A stretch of DNA of 32,000 bases from Desulfobulbus propionicus DSM 2032. Its GTDB lineage: Bacteria > Desulfobacterota > Desulfobulbia > Desulfobulbales > Desulfobulbaceae. The DNA is taken from positions 1,410,001 to 1,442,000 of the forward strand of contig NC_014972.1 of NCBI RefSeq assembly GCF_000186885.1. Reading direction: 5' to 3'. The translations under genes and the position numbers were made by a program. The notes under the pieces were generated by a model that saw only the letters and a list, made by a program, of their open reading frames with translations, was not told where the DNA came from and ran no database searches. Shown here piece after piece: positions 20,953-31,300 of this stretch (positions are counted from its first letter, which is position 1; each line of letters begins with the position of its first letter).

Positions 20953-21644
20953 CCATCAGTCCTGATGCCATCATCTATTTTTATCTCGGTCCATTTCCGG
21001 TAAATGCGACCCTTGTCTTTACCTGGGCAGTGATGGGTATTTTGGTGCTCCTGTCCTGGCTGGTCACGCGGAACATATCGAGTGAGGTGTCTATGTCCCA
21101 CTGGCAAAATTTTCTTGAGATCACCGTTTCCGAAATCCAGACACAAATACGAGAGGTGAGTAATCAGGAGGCCCGCCACTACATCCCCTTTATCGGCACC
21201 CTATTTTTGTTCATCCTCACCGCCAATGTCCTGAGCGTTATTCCCGAATTTTCCCCTCCGACCGGCTCCTTCTCGACAACCGTGGCGCTCGCCATCTGCG
21301 TCTTCATTGCCGTGCCTCTCTATGGCGTGTCCAGTAAGGGTTGGAGCAGTTACCTCAGCGACTATGTCAAACCGACCTTCATCATGCTACCCTTCAATAT
21401 TATTGGTGAAATATCCAGAACCCTTGCCTTGGCGGTCAGGCTGTATGGCAACATGATGAGTGGTACAGTTATTGTTGCTATTCTTTTAGGGATAACCCCC
21501 TTGTTCTTCCCGGTTGTTATGCACGCTTTAGGTTTATTGACAGGTGTCATCCAAGCCTACATTTTTTCAATTTTAGCCATGGTGTATATTGCTTCAGCCA
21601 GTAAATCAGCAAAACGAAACAATCATCAACCCCCCTCAGCCTAG
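20949..21644 (+). CDS. atpB: N-ATPase Fo subunit a
   Basis: IPFIGTLFLFILTANVLSVIPEFSPPTGSFSTTVALAICVF, LALAVRLYGNMMSG. Start refined to 20949, overlapping the atpR stop. Confidence 0.93.
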   Translation: MTISPDAIIYFYLGPFPVNATLVFTWAVMGILVLLSWLVTRNISSEVSMSHWQNFLEITVSEIQTQIREVSNQEARHYIPFIGTLFLFILTANVLSVIPEFSPPTGSFSTTVALAICVFIAVPLYGVSSKGWSSYLSDYVKPTFIMLPFNIIGEISRTLALAVRLYGNMMSGTVIVAILLGITPLFFPVVMHALGLLTGVIQAYIFSILAMVYIASASKSAKRNNHQPPSA

Positions 21645-21653
21645 GTACGTCGT

Positions 21654-21932
21654 ATGGATATGGTAACTATCATTGCGGTTAGCTCAATTGTTGTTGCCGG
21701 ATTCACCATTGCTCTCGGCAGCATCGGACCAGCGCTTGGAGAAGCCAGGGCTGTGGCCCAGGCTATCAGTGCCATTGCCCAACAACCCGATGAGGCAAAC
21801 ACCATCACGCGGACGCTTTTTGTCGGTCTGGCCATGATTGAATCAACGGCCATCTACTGCTTTGTGGTGTCCATGATTCTGATTTTCGCCAATCCTTTTT
21901 GGAATTATGCGATCAATCATGCGGGGAAGTGA
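21654..21932 (+). CDS. atpE: N-ATPase Fo subunit c (Na+-type motif)
   Basis: 92 aa hairpin; GSIGPALGEARAVAQAISAIAQQP and GLAMIESTAIYCFVVSMILIFANPF. Confidence 0.95.
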   Translation: MDMVTIIAVSSIVVAGFTIALGSIGPALGEARAVAQAISAIAQQPDEANTITRTLFVGLAMIESTAIYCFVVSMILIFANPFWNYAINHAGK

Positions 21933-21935
21933 GCG

Positions 21936-22721
21936 ATGTCCGTCAACTGGATGACCGTTATTGCCCAGATATGCAACTTTCTCATTCTGATTTGGCTGCT
22001 GAAACGTTTTCTGTACGGCCCCATCCTGCGGGCGATGGATAAGCGCCAACAACATTTGGCGGAAATTCAGGAAGCGGCCCGCCGGAAAAGCGCCGAGGCA
22101 GAAGAAGCTGTTGCGTCGTATACGGCCCTGACCGCTGACCTAGCGAACGAGAAACACCGGATTTTAAGCGATGCCAAAATCGCGGTGGAGCAGGATCGTC
22201 AAGTGTATTTGGAGCATGCTCGAAAAGACGTGGACCGCATCAAAAATGACTGGATTCTGTCCATGCAGCGGGAGCAGGACGCCTTTCTTCAGCAGGGACG
22301 TGTCTTGATTGGCCAGGGGGCCTGTCAATTGGCCCGAAGGATCCTGCATGACCTTGCTGGAGCCGATCTGGAGCGGGGGATGGTGGCGGTGTTCATAGAA
22401 AAGCTGCGCACCCTTTCGCCCGAGCAGCAGCGCCAATTGCGGGTTGCGGCTGGGCGTGATGGTGCACCGATACGGATCCACAGCTCCTTTGCTCTCGACG
22501 CAGGCCAACAAGAACAACTTGCCGCCATGCTCTTGCCTCTGGCGGAGACAATTGGGCCGGTAGACTTTGTGGTGAGCGATAACCTGATCGCCGGCATCGA
22601 GCTGGATGTCGGCGAAAGGCATTACGGCTGGAGCATTGAGGAGTATATGCACGATCTTGAGCAGTCGCTGCAACGATATATCGAGAAGGGCCTCCCTTCG
22701 CCGGACCACGAACATGCTTGA
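21936..22721 (+). CDS. atpF: N-ATPase subunit b with extended delta-like C-terminus
   Basis: 261 aa: N-terminal TM plus long helix, C-terminal [35 protein letters not shown]; no separate atpH present. Confidence 0.9.
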   Translation: MSVNWMTVIAQICNFLILIWLLKRFLYGPILRAMDKRQQHLAEIQEAARRKSAEAEEAVASYTALTADLANEKHRILSDAKIAVEQDRQVYLEHARKDVDRIKNDWILSMQREQDAFLQQGRVLIGQGACQLARRILHDLAGADLERGMVAVFIEKLRTLSPEQQRQLRVAAGRDGAPIRIHSSFALDAGQQEQLAAMLLPLAETIGPVDFVVSDNLIAGIELDVGERHYGWSIEEYMHDLEQSLQRYIEKGLPSPDHEHA

Positions 22722-24225
22722 GTTCATTATCCAGGATATGTCCCGGGTCTTTGCGACGCTTGCCGAGGAAACAAGGACCGCTTTACAAGCCACGGAAGTC
22801 GGTTATGTGGTTGCCGTGGGGAGCGGCATTGCCCGGGTGGAAGGATTGCCCAGTGTCAAATCCCAGGAACTGCTGCTGTTTCACGGCGGCGTGCCCGGGA
22901 TAGCCTTTAACATCGATCCCTATGAAATTGGCGTCATTCTCCTCGGGGAGTGTGCCAACATCGCAGCAGGAACCAAGGTCTACTGCACCGGGCGAGTGGT
23001 TGATATTCCCGTGGGCGATGCGCTGTTGGGGCGAGTTATCAGCGCAACTGGCGCGCCCCTGGATGGAGAAAGTGGTATCGAAGCTGTCGAGCGGTTGCCC
23101 GTTGAACAGGAGTCCCCTTCGATTATGGATAGAGCCCCGGTGGTCACACCCCTGGAAACAGGCATTAAGGTCATCGATGCCCTGGTACCCATTGGCAAGG
23201 GGCAACGGGAGTTGATTCTCGGGGATCGGCAAACGGGTAAAACTGCCATTGCCTTGGACACCATCATCAATCAGCAGGGCAAAAACGTGTTGTGCGTCTA
23301 CTGTGCCATCGGTCAACGCGGATCAGCAGTTGCCCAGTTGATTGCCTCCCTGCGGCGCCATGGTGCCATGGCCTATACCGTTGTTCTGGTTGCCGGTGGT
23401 GACGAATCTCCTGGACTGCAATTCATCGCCCCCTATGCCGCCACCAGTATCGCCGAATATTTCATGCGCCAGGGCCGCGATGTCTTGGTTGTCTATGACG
23501 ATCTGACCCGACACGCACGGGCCTATCGCGAACTTTCGCTGCTATTGCGTCGGCCTCCAGGCCGTGAAGCCTATCCTGGCGACATCTTCTACATTCATTC
23601 CCGCCTGCTGGAGCGTTCCACCCATCTGCGTCCCGAATTGGGCGGCGGATCCCTAACCGCCATACCCATCCTGGAGACCCAGGCGCAGAACCTCGCCGAC
23701 TATATTCCCACCAATCTTATCTCGATCACCGATGGTCAAATCTATCTTTCCCCTGATTTTTTTCAGAAAGGGGTACTGCCTGCGGTCGATGTCGGCAAGT
23801 CGGTATCCCGGGTCGGGGGCAAGACACAGCTGCCAGCCTACCGCGCTATTACCGGCGATTTACGCCTTGCCTATGCCCAATTCGAAGAACTGGAAAGTTT
23901 TGCCCGCTTCAGCACACGACTGGATCACGAAACCCTGATGACCATCGAACGGGGGCGCAGAATCCGCGAGGTGCTCAAACAGCCGCAATACACGCCGCTG
24001 ACTACGACCGAGCAGATCATCATTCTCTTGGCAGCCACCGAGGGGTATCTGGACAATCTTGAACTCCAGGAGATTGCCGATGCCGAAGAGCGGCTGCAGC
24101 AGGCGGTCTTAAACGAACTGCCTGATTTAGAACAACAGATTTTTGACGGCAAGGTGCTCGGTGACGGCGACAGGCAACTCCTGGCGGAGAGTATCCAGCG
24201 AGTTGTGCAAACATACAGGGGGTGA
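22714..24225 (+). CDS. atpA: N-ATPase F1 subunit alpha
   Basis: [20 protein letters not shown]..., P-loop [49 protein letters not shown]. Confidence 0.96.
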   Translation: MLEFIIQDMSRVFATLAEETRTALQATEVGYVVAVGSGIARVEGLPSVKSQELLLFHGGVPGIAFNIDPYEIGVILLGECANIAAGTKVYCTGRVVDIPVGDALLGRVISATGAPLDGESGIEAVERLPVEQESPSIMDRAPVVTPLETGIKVIDALVPIGKGQRELILGDRQTGKTAIALDTIINQQGKNVLCVYCAIGQRGSAVAQLIASLRRHGAMAYTVVLVAGGDESPGLQFIAPYAATSIAEYFMRQGRDVLVVYDDLTRHARAYRELSLLLRRPPGREAYPGDIFYIHSRLLERSTHLRPELGGGSLTAIPILETQAQNLADYIPTNLISITDGQIYLSPDFFQKGVLPAVDVGKSVSRVGGKTQLPAYRAITGDLRLAYAQFEELESFARFSTRLDHETLMTIERGRRIREVLKQPQYTPLTTTEQIIILLAATEGYLDNLELQEIADAEERLQQAVLNELPDLEQQIFDGKVLGDGDRQLLAESIQRVVQTYRG

Positions 24226-24229
24226 GGCT

Positions 24230-25108
24230 GTGGCCACCTTGGAGAGTCTGGTTCGCAAGATGAAGAGTGTTGACGACCTCCAATCCATCGTGCGCACCAT
24301 GAAGGCCATGGCGGCGGCCAACCTGCGTCAATATGAACGGGCTGTCGAGTCTCTCCAGGACTATCATCATACCGTAGCATTGGGGCTGCAGATTGTTCTC
24401 AAGGGCAATGGCGCCAAAAGGATGCCCCCAATAGCATTGCCTCGTAAGAAAGGTGCGCTGCTCGCTGTGGTGATCGGGACGGATTATGGATTTGCCGGTC
24501 AATTCAATGAAGAGATTATCCGGTACGCATTGCACGTGCTCAGCCACGACCACCATAGCGGATGCCATGTGATTGCGGTTGGTGCGCAGATTGCGGCCGG
24601 GCTCACCGCCTTGCAACGAGTCATTGCAGCATCCTACCCCTTGCCGTCCTCCCTTGCCGGTGTCAATCCGCTCGTCCAACGCTTACTGCTGGAAATTGAA
24701 CGCATAAAAGCTGACCAGGATATCGAGGAAGTCGTTCTGCTGTTCAATAGACCAGCAGCTGCAACGACCTACGCCCAGGAAAAAATCCGGCTATTCCCAG
24801 TCCTCATGGACGATTTGCAAAGTAAAACCGGTAAGTGGCCGTCACGATCAATACCGATCTCTGCCATTGCCCATGAACAGATGCTGAGAGCACTGGTACG
24901 TGAGTATATTTACGTCAACATCTTCAGATCGATAGCCCTTTCGATGGCCGGCGAGAATGCCAGCCGTCTGGCGGCCATGCATGCCGCCGTCAAAAAAATA
25001 GAAGAGGTTTCGGACGCCCTGACCATGGAGTATCGCCAGAACAGGCAAAATGCCATTACCGGAGAACTGCTTGATATTATTTCCGGGTTTGAGGCGCTTT
25101 CCCAATAG
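24230..25108 (+). CDS. atpG: N-ATPase F1 subunit gamma (GTG start)
   Basis: VATLESLVRKMKSVDDLQSIVRTMKAMAAANLRQYERAV ... SMAGENASRLAAMHAAVKKIEEVSDALTMEYRQNRQNAITGELLDIISGFEAL. Confidence 0.93.
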   Translation: MATLESLVRKMKSVDDLQSIVRTMKAMAAANLRQYERAVESLQDYHHTVALGLQIVLKGNGAKRMPPIALPRKKGALLAVVIGTDYGFAGQFNEEIIRYALHVLSHDHHSGCHVIAVGAQIAAGLTALQRVIAASYPLPSSLAGVNPLVQRLLLEIERIKADQDIEEVVLLFNRPAAATTYAQEKIRLFPVLMDDLQSKTGKWPSRSIPISAIAHEQMLRALVREYIYVNIFRSIALSMAGENASRLAAMHAAVKKIEEVSDALTMEYRQNRQNAITGELLDIISGFEALSQ

Positions 25109-25173
25109 AGAAAGAGCCTGTGACACGGCAAAGCCACTGGTCACTGACTGTGTGTCTAGGTCGCAATTCTTTT

Positions 25174-26271
25174 TCACAAAACGAATTGGAACAGATAGCC
25201 GGCAGAAACCGCCATACCCAAGATGACCGTTAAAAAAGCGATTATCATGGGCATGCGAAACATCGACTTCAACAAAATGACTTCCGTTAGGCTGGCACCG
25301 GCGCCGCCTATGATCAGAGCCATAATGGCTCCAAGTCCCATACCCTTGGTCACCAGAACCGCACTCAGAGGGATAAGTGCTTCAGCCCGCACATAAAGCG
25401 GAATACCGATGACTGCGGCAATAGGGACTGCAAGCGGGCTGTCGCCACTGGCATATCTGGCAATGAATTCTGTGGGGACAAACCCATACACCAGGGAGCC
25501 AAAGGCAACACCCAGCAGTAGATACAGAAATATAGCCTTGAACTGGAGCCAACCATCCAGAAATGCCCGTTTTAACTTAAGCATAAATGCTGGGGCGTCC
25601 GTTTCAGTGGTGGCCGTACAACAAGCTGGTGAAAACGTAGGCAGTGCGGAACAACAGGTTTCGACAAGGGGCGTGCGGCAGGAATCTTGTACAGAGGCCA
25701 TCGGAAAAGAAGCGCAGCAAGAACCTTGAGCAGGCTGCGTACTTCCTGCTTCCGTGGCAGGATTCTTCCCCGCCGGATTTGCGGTGGGCGGGTTGGGGGA
25801 GCAGCAACTTGCAGCGGGAATTTTCCCTTCGGGGATAACATATCGTTCAAAACCAAGGTCCTCCAACACTAAACCACCGACAATGGAAACCATCAAGGCG
25901 ACAAAGGTGTACACCACCGTCACTCGCATACCAAAGGTAACCAGGAACATCCCGATAATAATCGGATTCAGCAATGGCGAGGTGAACAAAAAGGTGAGTG
26001 TGTGGCCAAACCCTACCTTGGCCTTCAGCAATCCACGCAGCATAGGGATGGTTGAGCAACTGCAAAACGGGGTGATCGCCCCCAAAAATGCAGCGAAAAT
26101 ATACCCCAAACCCTTTTTCCCGCTTAAAACAGCCTGGATCTTTGAATCAGGGATATACTGCTGCAACAGACTCACTCCAGCGCTAATCAGAAGGAAAAGC
26201 GCGGAGAGTTCAAACCCAAGGAATAAAAACATCCCAAGGGTATCTTTAATCATCAGGTAATACGCATCCAT
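25174..26271 (-). CDS. ArsP-type (DUF318) permease with Cys-rich central linker
   Basis: GAITPFCSCSTIPMLRGLLKAKVG signature; linker has SCC, SCC, SC, TCC and ACC. Confidence 0.9.
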   Translation of the reverse strand: MDAYYLMIKDTLGMFLFLGFELSALFLLISAGVSLLQQYIPDSKIQAVLSGKKGLGYIFAAFLGAITPFCSCSTIPMLRGLLKAKVGFGHTLTFLFTSPLLNPIIIGMFLVTFGMRVTVVYTFVALMVSIVGGLVLEDLGFERYVIPEGKIPAASCCSPNPPTANPAGKNPATEAGSTQPAQGSCCASFPMASVQDSCRTPLVETCCSALPTFSPACCTATTETDAPAFMLKLKRAFLDGWLQFKAIFLYLLLGVAFGSLVYGFVPTEFIARYASGDSPLAVPIAAVIGIPLYVRAEALIPLSAVLVTKGMGLGAIMALIIGGAGASLTEVILLKSMFRMPMIIAFLTVILGMAVSAGYLFQFVL

Positions 26272-26295
26272 GGCAAAACCTCCATTATTTTTATT

Positions 26296-26350
26296 TTTCT
26301 AAAATAATGGAAATGTTTTCCTTGTCAATACATTTCTGTTATTTTAGAAA
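26296..26350. promoter_or_regulatory. Putative operator: 12-bp perfect inverted repeat TTTCTAAAATAA / TTATTTTAGAAA separated by 31 nt
   Basis: Located between divergent permease (start 26271) and arsR (start 26353). Confidence 0.6.
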
Positions 26351-26352
26351 TA

Positions 26353-26706
26353 TTGAAACAAGGGAGGGATCATATGGAAATTGAAGCTGTTGCGGCCGCA
26401 TTGAAAGAACTGGGACACCCTACCCGGCTAGGTGTGTACAAAACGCTTGTCAAGGCCGGAGAGCGAGGGTTGCCCGTGGGAGATTTGCAAAAAAAATTGG
26501 ATGTCCCCGGGTCCACATTGAGTCATCACATTGCCGCACTGGTTTCTGTGGGGCTTGTCCGGCAGGTGCGGGAAGGAAGGATACTTTATTGTATCGCTCA
26601 GTATGAGGTGCTTGACGTCATAATGGGTTTTCTCATGGAAGAATGCTGTGTTGATCAGGTCGGAGCCCACACTTTCTGCGGTAAAAATCTCAAAAAATCT
26701 TCATAA
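26353..26706 (+). CDS. ArsR/SmtB-family metalloregulator
   Basis: ALKELGHPTRLGVYKTLVKAGERGLPVGDLQKKLDVPGSTLSHHIAALVSVGLV; C-terminal EECCVDQ. Confidence 0.93.
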   Translation: MKQGRDHMEIEAVAAALKELGHPTRLGVYKTLVKAGERGLPVGDLQKKLDVPGSTLSHHIAALVSVGLVRQVREGRILYCIAQYEVLDVIMGFLMEECCVDQVGAHTFCGKNLKKSS

Positions 26707-26834
26707 GAAGTGAGCCAAAACAATCAACGATTAAGCGGTAATTCCTTGCGGGCTTTCCATGTAAAAATCTGCAGTTACATGCAAAAAAATTATCAACAGG
26801 ATGAGGTTCTGCCATGCAACAGTCTGGAGAAAAT

Positions 26835-27227
26835 ATGATCGCGAAAAAAGTAAGCTGGTATGAGGCTGTAGCCATTCTGGTTATCATTGCAATTACTTGG
26901 CTCGATGAAATCCTTGACATCCCCTACGTCTTACTCGGCGGTCCGGCAACTCCGATAAACTGGCGTGAATCCTTATTTGAGAGCCTGATTATCACGATTG
27001 TAGGGGTGGTTATCATCCGCCACACTTATAAATTACTCGTTCGAGTGAGCTACCTGGAAAGCATATTGCCAGTGTGTCCCTCCTGCAAGAAGATCAGAGT
27101 TGATCGAGAATTTTGGCAAGATATCGAACGGTATATTCAGGAACGGGCAAAATCCGATTCAACCTATGGTATCTGTCCGGATTGCATAGATAAATATTAT
27201 CCGGAAATAGGACACACGAAGAAATGA
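26835..27227 (+). CDS. small membrane protein with C-terminal paired CxxC domain
   Basis: Two hydrophobic segments, then LPVCPSCKKIRVDREFWQDIERYIQERAKSDSTYGICPDCIDKYYPE. Confidence 0.75.
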   Translation: MIAKKVSWYEAVAILVIIAITWLDEILDIPYVLLGGPATPINWRESLFESLIITIVGVVIIRHTYKLLVRVSYLESILPVCPSCKKIRVDREFWQDIERYIQERAKSDSTYGICPDCIDKYYPEIGHTKK

Positions 27228-27254
27228 TCACAGTACGAGCGGACTGGAGAATGT

Positions 27255-29057
27255 ATGAAGAACTTTCTTGAGCAGCCAAGTCGTTATCTTTTCTTTACAG
27301 GGAAAGGTGGCGTAGGCAAAACTGCCCTTGCCTGTGCTTCTGCGATCCGCCTTGCTGAAATGGGCAAACGAATCCTCCTTGTCAGCACAGACCCAGCCTC
27401 AAACCTCGATGAGATGCTCGGGATCCAACTCTCTCTGCGAGCGACTGCCGTGCCGGGTGTTGATCGGCTCTCCGCGCTTAATATCGATCCTGAGTTGGCC
27501 GCCACCCATTATCGGGAGCGGGTAATAGCCCCCTACCGCGCCATCTGGACAGAATCACAGATCGCCGAACTGCAAGAGCAACTTGCCGGTGCCTGTACGG
27601 TGGAAATAGCCGCCTTCGATGAGTTTGCCGAACTCCTGGCCGGGAGTGAAAACGAGGTACCCTATGATCATGTTTTGTTCGATACCGCACCGACCGGACA
27701 TACTTTGCGACTTCTGCAGTTGCCCAGCGCTTGGACCTCCTTCCTCCAGTCGACGACTCGAGGCGCTTCCTGTCTTGGGCCACATTCCGGGCTAAAAATG
27801 GAAGAGGCCCGATTTTCCGCCGCGTTTTCGGCTCTCAGTGATCCGGAACGAACGATCATTGTGCTTGTAACGCGGCCGGATCGTGCAGCGCTGCGAGAAA
27901 TCGCCCGTTCGTCAGCGGAACTTACTGAACTTGGTCTCCTCAACCAGCAGCTTGTCATTAATGCTGTGTTTGCAGCGGCGGATCCGACCGACCGGACCGC
28001 TGCCGCTCTCGAGCGGCGCGGTCGGGTTGCGCTTATAGAGATGCCCGATCGTTTACAGAGCCTTATTCAGATGCGTATTCCTCTTCGCCCGTTCAATATG
28101 GTTGGGCTGCCGGCGCTTCGGGCGCTCCTGGACGACACCAAAGCGGCTGAACTTACACATTCTTCCGTATCTTCGGTTCAGCAAACTGATTATCCTCGGC
28201 TTTCTGGCCTCATAGACGAGATTGCGCAGTCTGGTAAGGGGTTGGTGATGGTCATGGGAAAGGGCGGCGTTGGCAAGACCACGATCGCGGCAGCCATTGC
28301 CGTGGAACTCGCCTCTCGTGGTGCCAAGGTCCATCTCAGTACAACCGATCCAGCTGCTCATCTTGCCACGACCCTTGAAGGGAGTGTCGAAAATCTCTCG
28401 GTCAGCAGGATCGACCCCGTCCTAGAAACAAAGGCTTATGTTGATCAGGTGATGAGCACCCGTGGAGCACGGCTTAATAAAGATGAACGGGCACTGTTAG
28501 CCGAAGATCTCCGTTCGCCCTGTTATGAAGAAATTGCTGTCTTCACCGCTTTTTCTCGGCTCATCATGCAAGCCCGTTCGACCTTTGTCATTCTCGACAC
28601 TGCACCAACCGGCCACACCTTGCTCCTTCTCGACACCACCGGGGCATATCATCGGCAAGTGGTCGGTAGCGAGGACACCGCAAATGAGTCTGTAGGTATT
28701 GTCACGCCCTTGATGAAACTCAGGGATCCCAAGCACACAAAGATACTCCTGGTCACTCTCGCAGAAACCACCCCAGTCTCAGAGGCGGCACGTTTACAAG
28801 CCGATCTTAATCGTGCCGGGGTGGAACCCTACGCATGGGTTATCAATAGCAGCCTTACTGCCTCAGGAACGAGAGATCCATGTCTGGCTCAGCGGGTCAC
28901 CGCAGAGATTATGCAGATTGACGCCGTACGAACCCACCATGCCCGTCGATTCGCCATAGTTCCATGGATGCCCGAGGAACCGGTGGGACCTGTTCGGCTC
29001 CTCTCATTGGCACGCGATGGGGTAAATTCCTCTGTCCCTTCTCTCCGGGAGAGTTAG
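27255..29057 (+). CDS. arsA: ArsA arsenical pump-driving ATPase (duplicated two-domain form)
   Basis: 600 aa; P-loops FTGKGGVGKTALACA and MGKGGVGKTTIAAA; FDTAPTGHT and LDTAPTGHT signatures; RSPCYEEIAVFTAF. Confidence 0.95.
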   Translation: MKNFLEQPSRYLFFTGKGGVGKTALACASAIRLAEMGKRILLVSTDPASNLDEMLGIQLSLRATAVPGVDRLSALNIDPELAATHYRERVIAPYRAIWTESQIAELQEQLAGACTVEIAAFDEFAELLAGSENEVPYDHVLFDTAPTGHTLRLLQLPSAWTSFLQSTTRGASCLGPHSGLKMEEARFSAAFSALSDPERTIIVLVTRPDRAALREIARSSAELTELGLLNQQLVINAVFAAADPTDRTAAALERRGRVALIEMPDRLQSLIQMRIPLRPFNMVGLPALRALLDDTKAAELTHSSVSSVQQTDYPRLSGLIDEIAQSGKGLVMVMGKGGVGKTTIAAAIAVELASRGAKVHLSTTDPAAHLATTLEGSVENLSVSRIDPVLETKAYVDQVMSTRGARLNKDERALLAEDLRSPCYEEIAVFTAFSRLIMQARSTFVILDTAPTGHTLLLLDTTGAYHRQVVGSEDTANESVGIVTPLMKLRDPKHTKILLVTLAETTPVSEAARLQADLNRAGVEPYAWVINSSLTASGTRDPCLAQRVTAEIMQIDAVRTHHARRFAIVPWMPEEPVGPVRLLSLARDGVNSSVPSLRES

Positions 29058-29262
29058 CATCCATTGTTTGTTCAGCAAGGCAAACATGGCCGGATTCTCT
29101 GTTGCAACGATGAGCAGATCGAGCTTTCGGGGAGATTATTCATGCCGAAAAATTAGCTGGACCAAATTGGCTGACTACAACGAACCATGAAAGCTCAGTG
29201 CTTCGGCAGGACAAGGCCAGTGCTTCGCTAAAGGCTTGCATATAAATCGGGTTCCCCTCTTT

Positions 29263-29718
29263 TTAATTGGTCAGGCTGTCCGGAAGAGTTTCTTCAACAA
29301 AATCGAGGATAAGGTCACGGACAGAGCGATATGCTTGCAGAATCGCCTCCTCTGAGGAGGTATCTTTGGCTAAGTGCGGAGGGTCGGGAAAGCCTTGATG
29401 AATGATGCGTCCGGGAAAGTAGGGGCAGCTTTCATGGGCATGGTCACAAAGGGTGACAACGTAATCAAAGGGCATTGATGGCAATTCATCGATCAGTTTG
29501 GATTGCTGAGCGCTGATATCCACCCCGGCTTCCGCCATGACACGGACCGCCAAGGGGTTGAGTCCATGTTTCTCGATCCCGGCGGAATAGGGTTCAATTC
29601 TCTCGCCTTTCAAATGGCGCGTCCACCCCTCGGCCATTTGGCTGCGGCACGAATTGCCGGTGCAGAGGAAAAGGATGGTCGTCTTTCGCTGTTCGCTGTT
29701 GTTGTTGGATGCGCTCAT
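29263..29718 (-). CDS. arsC: arsenate reductase, LMW-phosphatase/thioredoxin-coupled type
   Basis: ILFLCTGNSCRSQMAEGW, VVTLCDHAHESCPYFPGR. Confidence 0.93.
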   Translation of the reverse strand: MSASNNNSEQRKTTILFLCTGNSCRSQMAEGWTRHLKGERIEPYSAGIEKHGLNPLAVRVMAEAGVDISAQQSKLIDELPSMPFDYVVTLCDHAHESCPYFPGRIIHQGFPDPPHLAKDTSSEEAILQAYRSVRDLILDFVEETLPDSLTN

Positions 29719-30161
29719 AGAAACATTTTCAACCCTTTGTGCCGGTACTCGGCGAGGAACGCCTCAACCTGCATCTTTATTTGGTCCCGTATTTTCTGGA
29801 TTCCAGCCAATTTGGTCTCCCGGTCGCCCTCCAGACGGGAAGGATCGGCAAAAGGCCAATTGAGCCGCAGGGCTCGACCGGGAAAGAGCGGGCACAGCTC
29901 ACTCGCTTTCTGTGAGCAGACCGTGATCACCACATCATAGCTGCGCCCCTTTTTGAACAGATCAAGCGCTGCCTGGGTGGTGTTATTCTTAAGATCGTAG
30001 CCAATTTCGTCCATGACCTCAATCACCAGCGGATTGAGGGTACCAGCTTCCAGCCCGCAGCTTTCGACAAAAAAGTCGTCGCGGCCGAGATGCTTGAGAA
30101 AAGCCTCGGCCATCTGGCTGCGGGCTGAGTTGTGTTCACAGACGAAAAGGACTTGGAGCAT
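29715..30161 (-). CDS. arsC: second arsenate reductase / LMW phosphatase-like protein
   Basis: VLFVCEHNSARSQMAEAFLKHLG, VVITVCSQKASELCPLFPGRA; 4-nt overlap with downstream arsC. Confidence 0.88.
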   Translation of the reverse strand: MLQVLFVCEHNSARSQMAEAFLKHLGRDDFFVESCGLEAGTLNPLVIEVMDEIGYDLKNNTTQAALDLFKKGRSYDVVITVCSQKASELCPLFPGRALRLNWPFADPSRLEGDRETKLAGIQKIRDQIKMQVEAFLAEYRHKGLKMFL

Positions 30162-30164
30162 GGT

Positions 30165-31259
30165 TTACCTCTCGGGTTTGACTCGCACATGGCAGACCCC
30201 GGTCAGGGTCCGCTGTTCATAGGGAAAATATTTATTCTTCAGTCGCAGGGCCACATTAACCAAAGCGATTAACACCGGCACCTCGACCAGAGGACCGATG
30301 ACCGCAGCAAAGGCTTCGCCGGAGTTGATACCGAAAACGGCGATGGCCACGGCTATCGCCAGCTCAAAATTGTTGGACGCGGCAGTGAAGCTCAAGGTGA
30401 CGGTCTGCTCGTAGGTCGCCCCTGCTTTCAACGACAGGAAGAACGAGACCCCGAACATTATCAAAAAATAGATGGTTAAGGGCAGGGCAATACGCAACAC
30501 ATCGAGTGGCAGCTGAACTATGTATTCACCCTTGAGCGAGAACATCACTAGAATGGTGAAGAGTAGGAAAATCAGGGTCAACGGGCTAATTTTTGGAATG
30601 AACACCGTTTCATACCAGTCTCTGCCTTTCAACTTGATGCCAATCAGGCGACTGAGCATGCCGGCGATAAAGGGGATCCCCAGGTAAATGAACACCGATT
30701 GGGCGATTTCGCCGATGGAGACATCGACCACTGCTCCGGACAGGCCGAACCAGCCGGGAATGACAGTGATGAAGATCCAGGCGTAGAGGGAGAAAAACAA
30801 CACCTGGAAGATCGAGTTGAATGCCACCAATCCAGCGCAGTATTCGGTGTCGCCGTCTGCCAGATCGTTCCAGACAATGACCATGGCGATACAGCGGGCC
30901 AAGCCGATGAGGATCAGGCCGACCATGTAGTGCTGCTGGCCGGAAAGCAGGGCGATGGCCAAGAGGAACATCAGCACTGGCCCGATCACCCAATTCTGTA
31001 CCAGGGAGAGCAGCAGCACCCGGCCATTGCGGAAGACCTGGCCCAGTTGCTCGTATTTCACTTTGGCCAAGGGCGGATACATCATCATGATCAGACCGAT
31101 GGCAATGGGAATGTTGGTAGTGCCCACTTGAAAGGCGTTGATCACATGCTGGACGCCGGGAACGGCATAACCGAGCATAACCCCGGCGAACATGGCGAGA
31201 AAGATCCACAGGGTAAGATACCGATCAAGAAAACTGAGTTGTTTTTGGTGCTGAGACAT
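30165..31259 (-). CDS. acr3: ACR3-family arsenite efflux permease
   Basis: 364 aa; [62 protein letters not shown]-type segment. Confidence 0.95.
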   Translation of the reverse strand: MSQHQKQLSFLDRYLTLWIFLAMFAGVMLGYAVPGVQHVINAFQVGTTNIPIAIGLIMMMYPPLAKVKYEQLGQVFRNGRVLLLSLVQNWVIGPVLMFLLAIALLSGQQHYMVGLILIGLARCIAMVIVWNDLADGDTEYCAGLVAFNSIFQVLFFSLYAWIFITVIPGWFGLSGAVVDVSIGEIAQSVFIYLGIPFIAGMLSRLIGIKLKGRDWYETVFIPKISPLTLIFLLFTILVMFSLKGEYIVQLPLDVLRIALPLTIYFLIMFGVSFFLSLKAGATYEQTVTLSFTAASNNFELAIAVAIAVFGINSGEAFAAVIGPLVEVPVLIALVNVALRLKNKYFPYEQRTLTGVCHVRVKPER

Positions 31260-31300
31260 GGCACATCCTTTGAGAAATAATGTTCAGGAATACATCCAGG

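Noticed and set aside
24020-24679. 219-aa minus-strand ORF
   Set aside because: Overlaps atpA and atpG on the opposite strand; no motif.
30610-31209. 199-aa plus-strand ORF
   Set aside because: Antisense to acr3; low-complexity translation without a recognisable domain.
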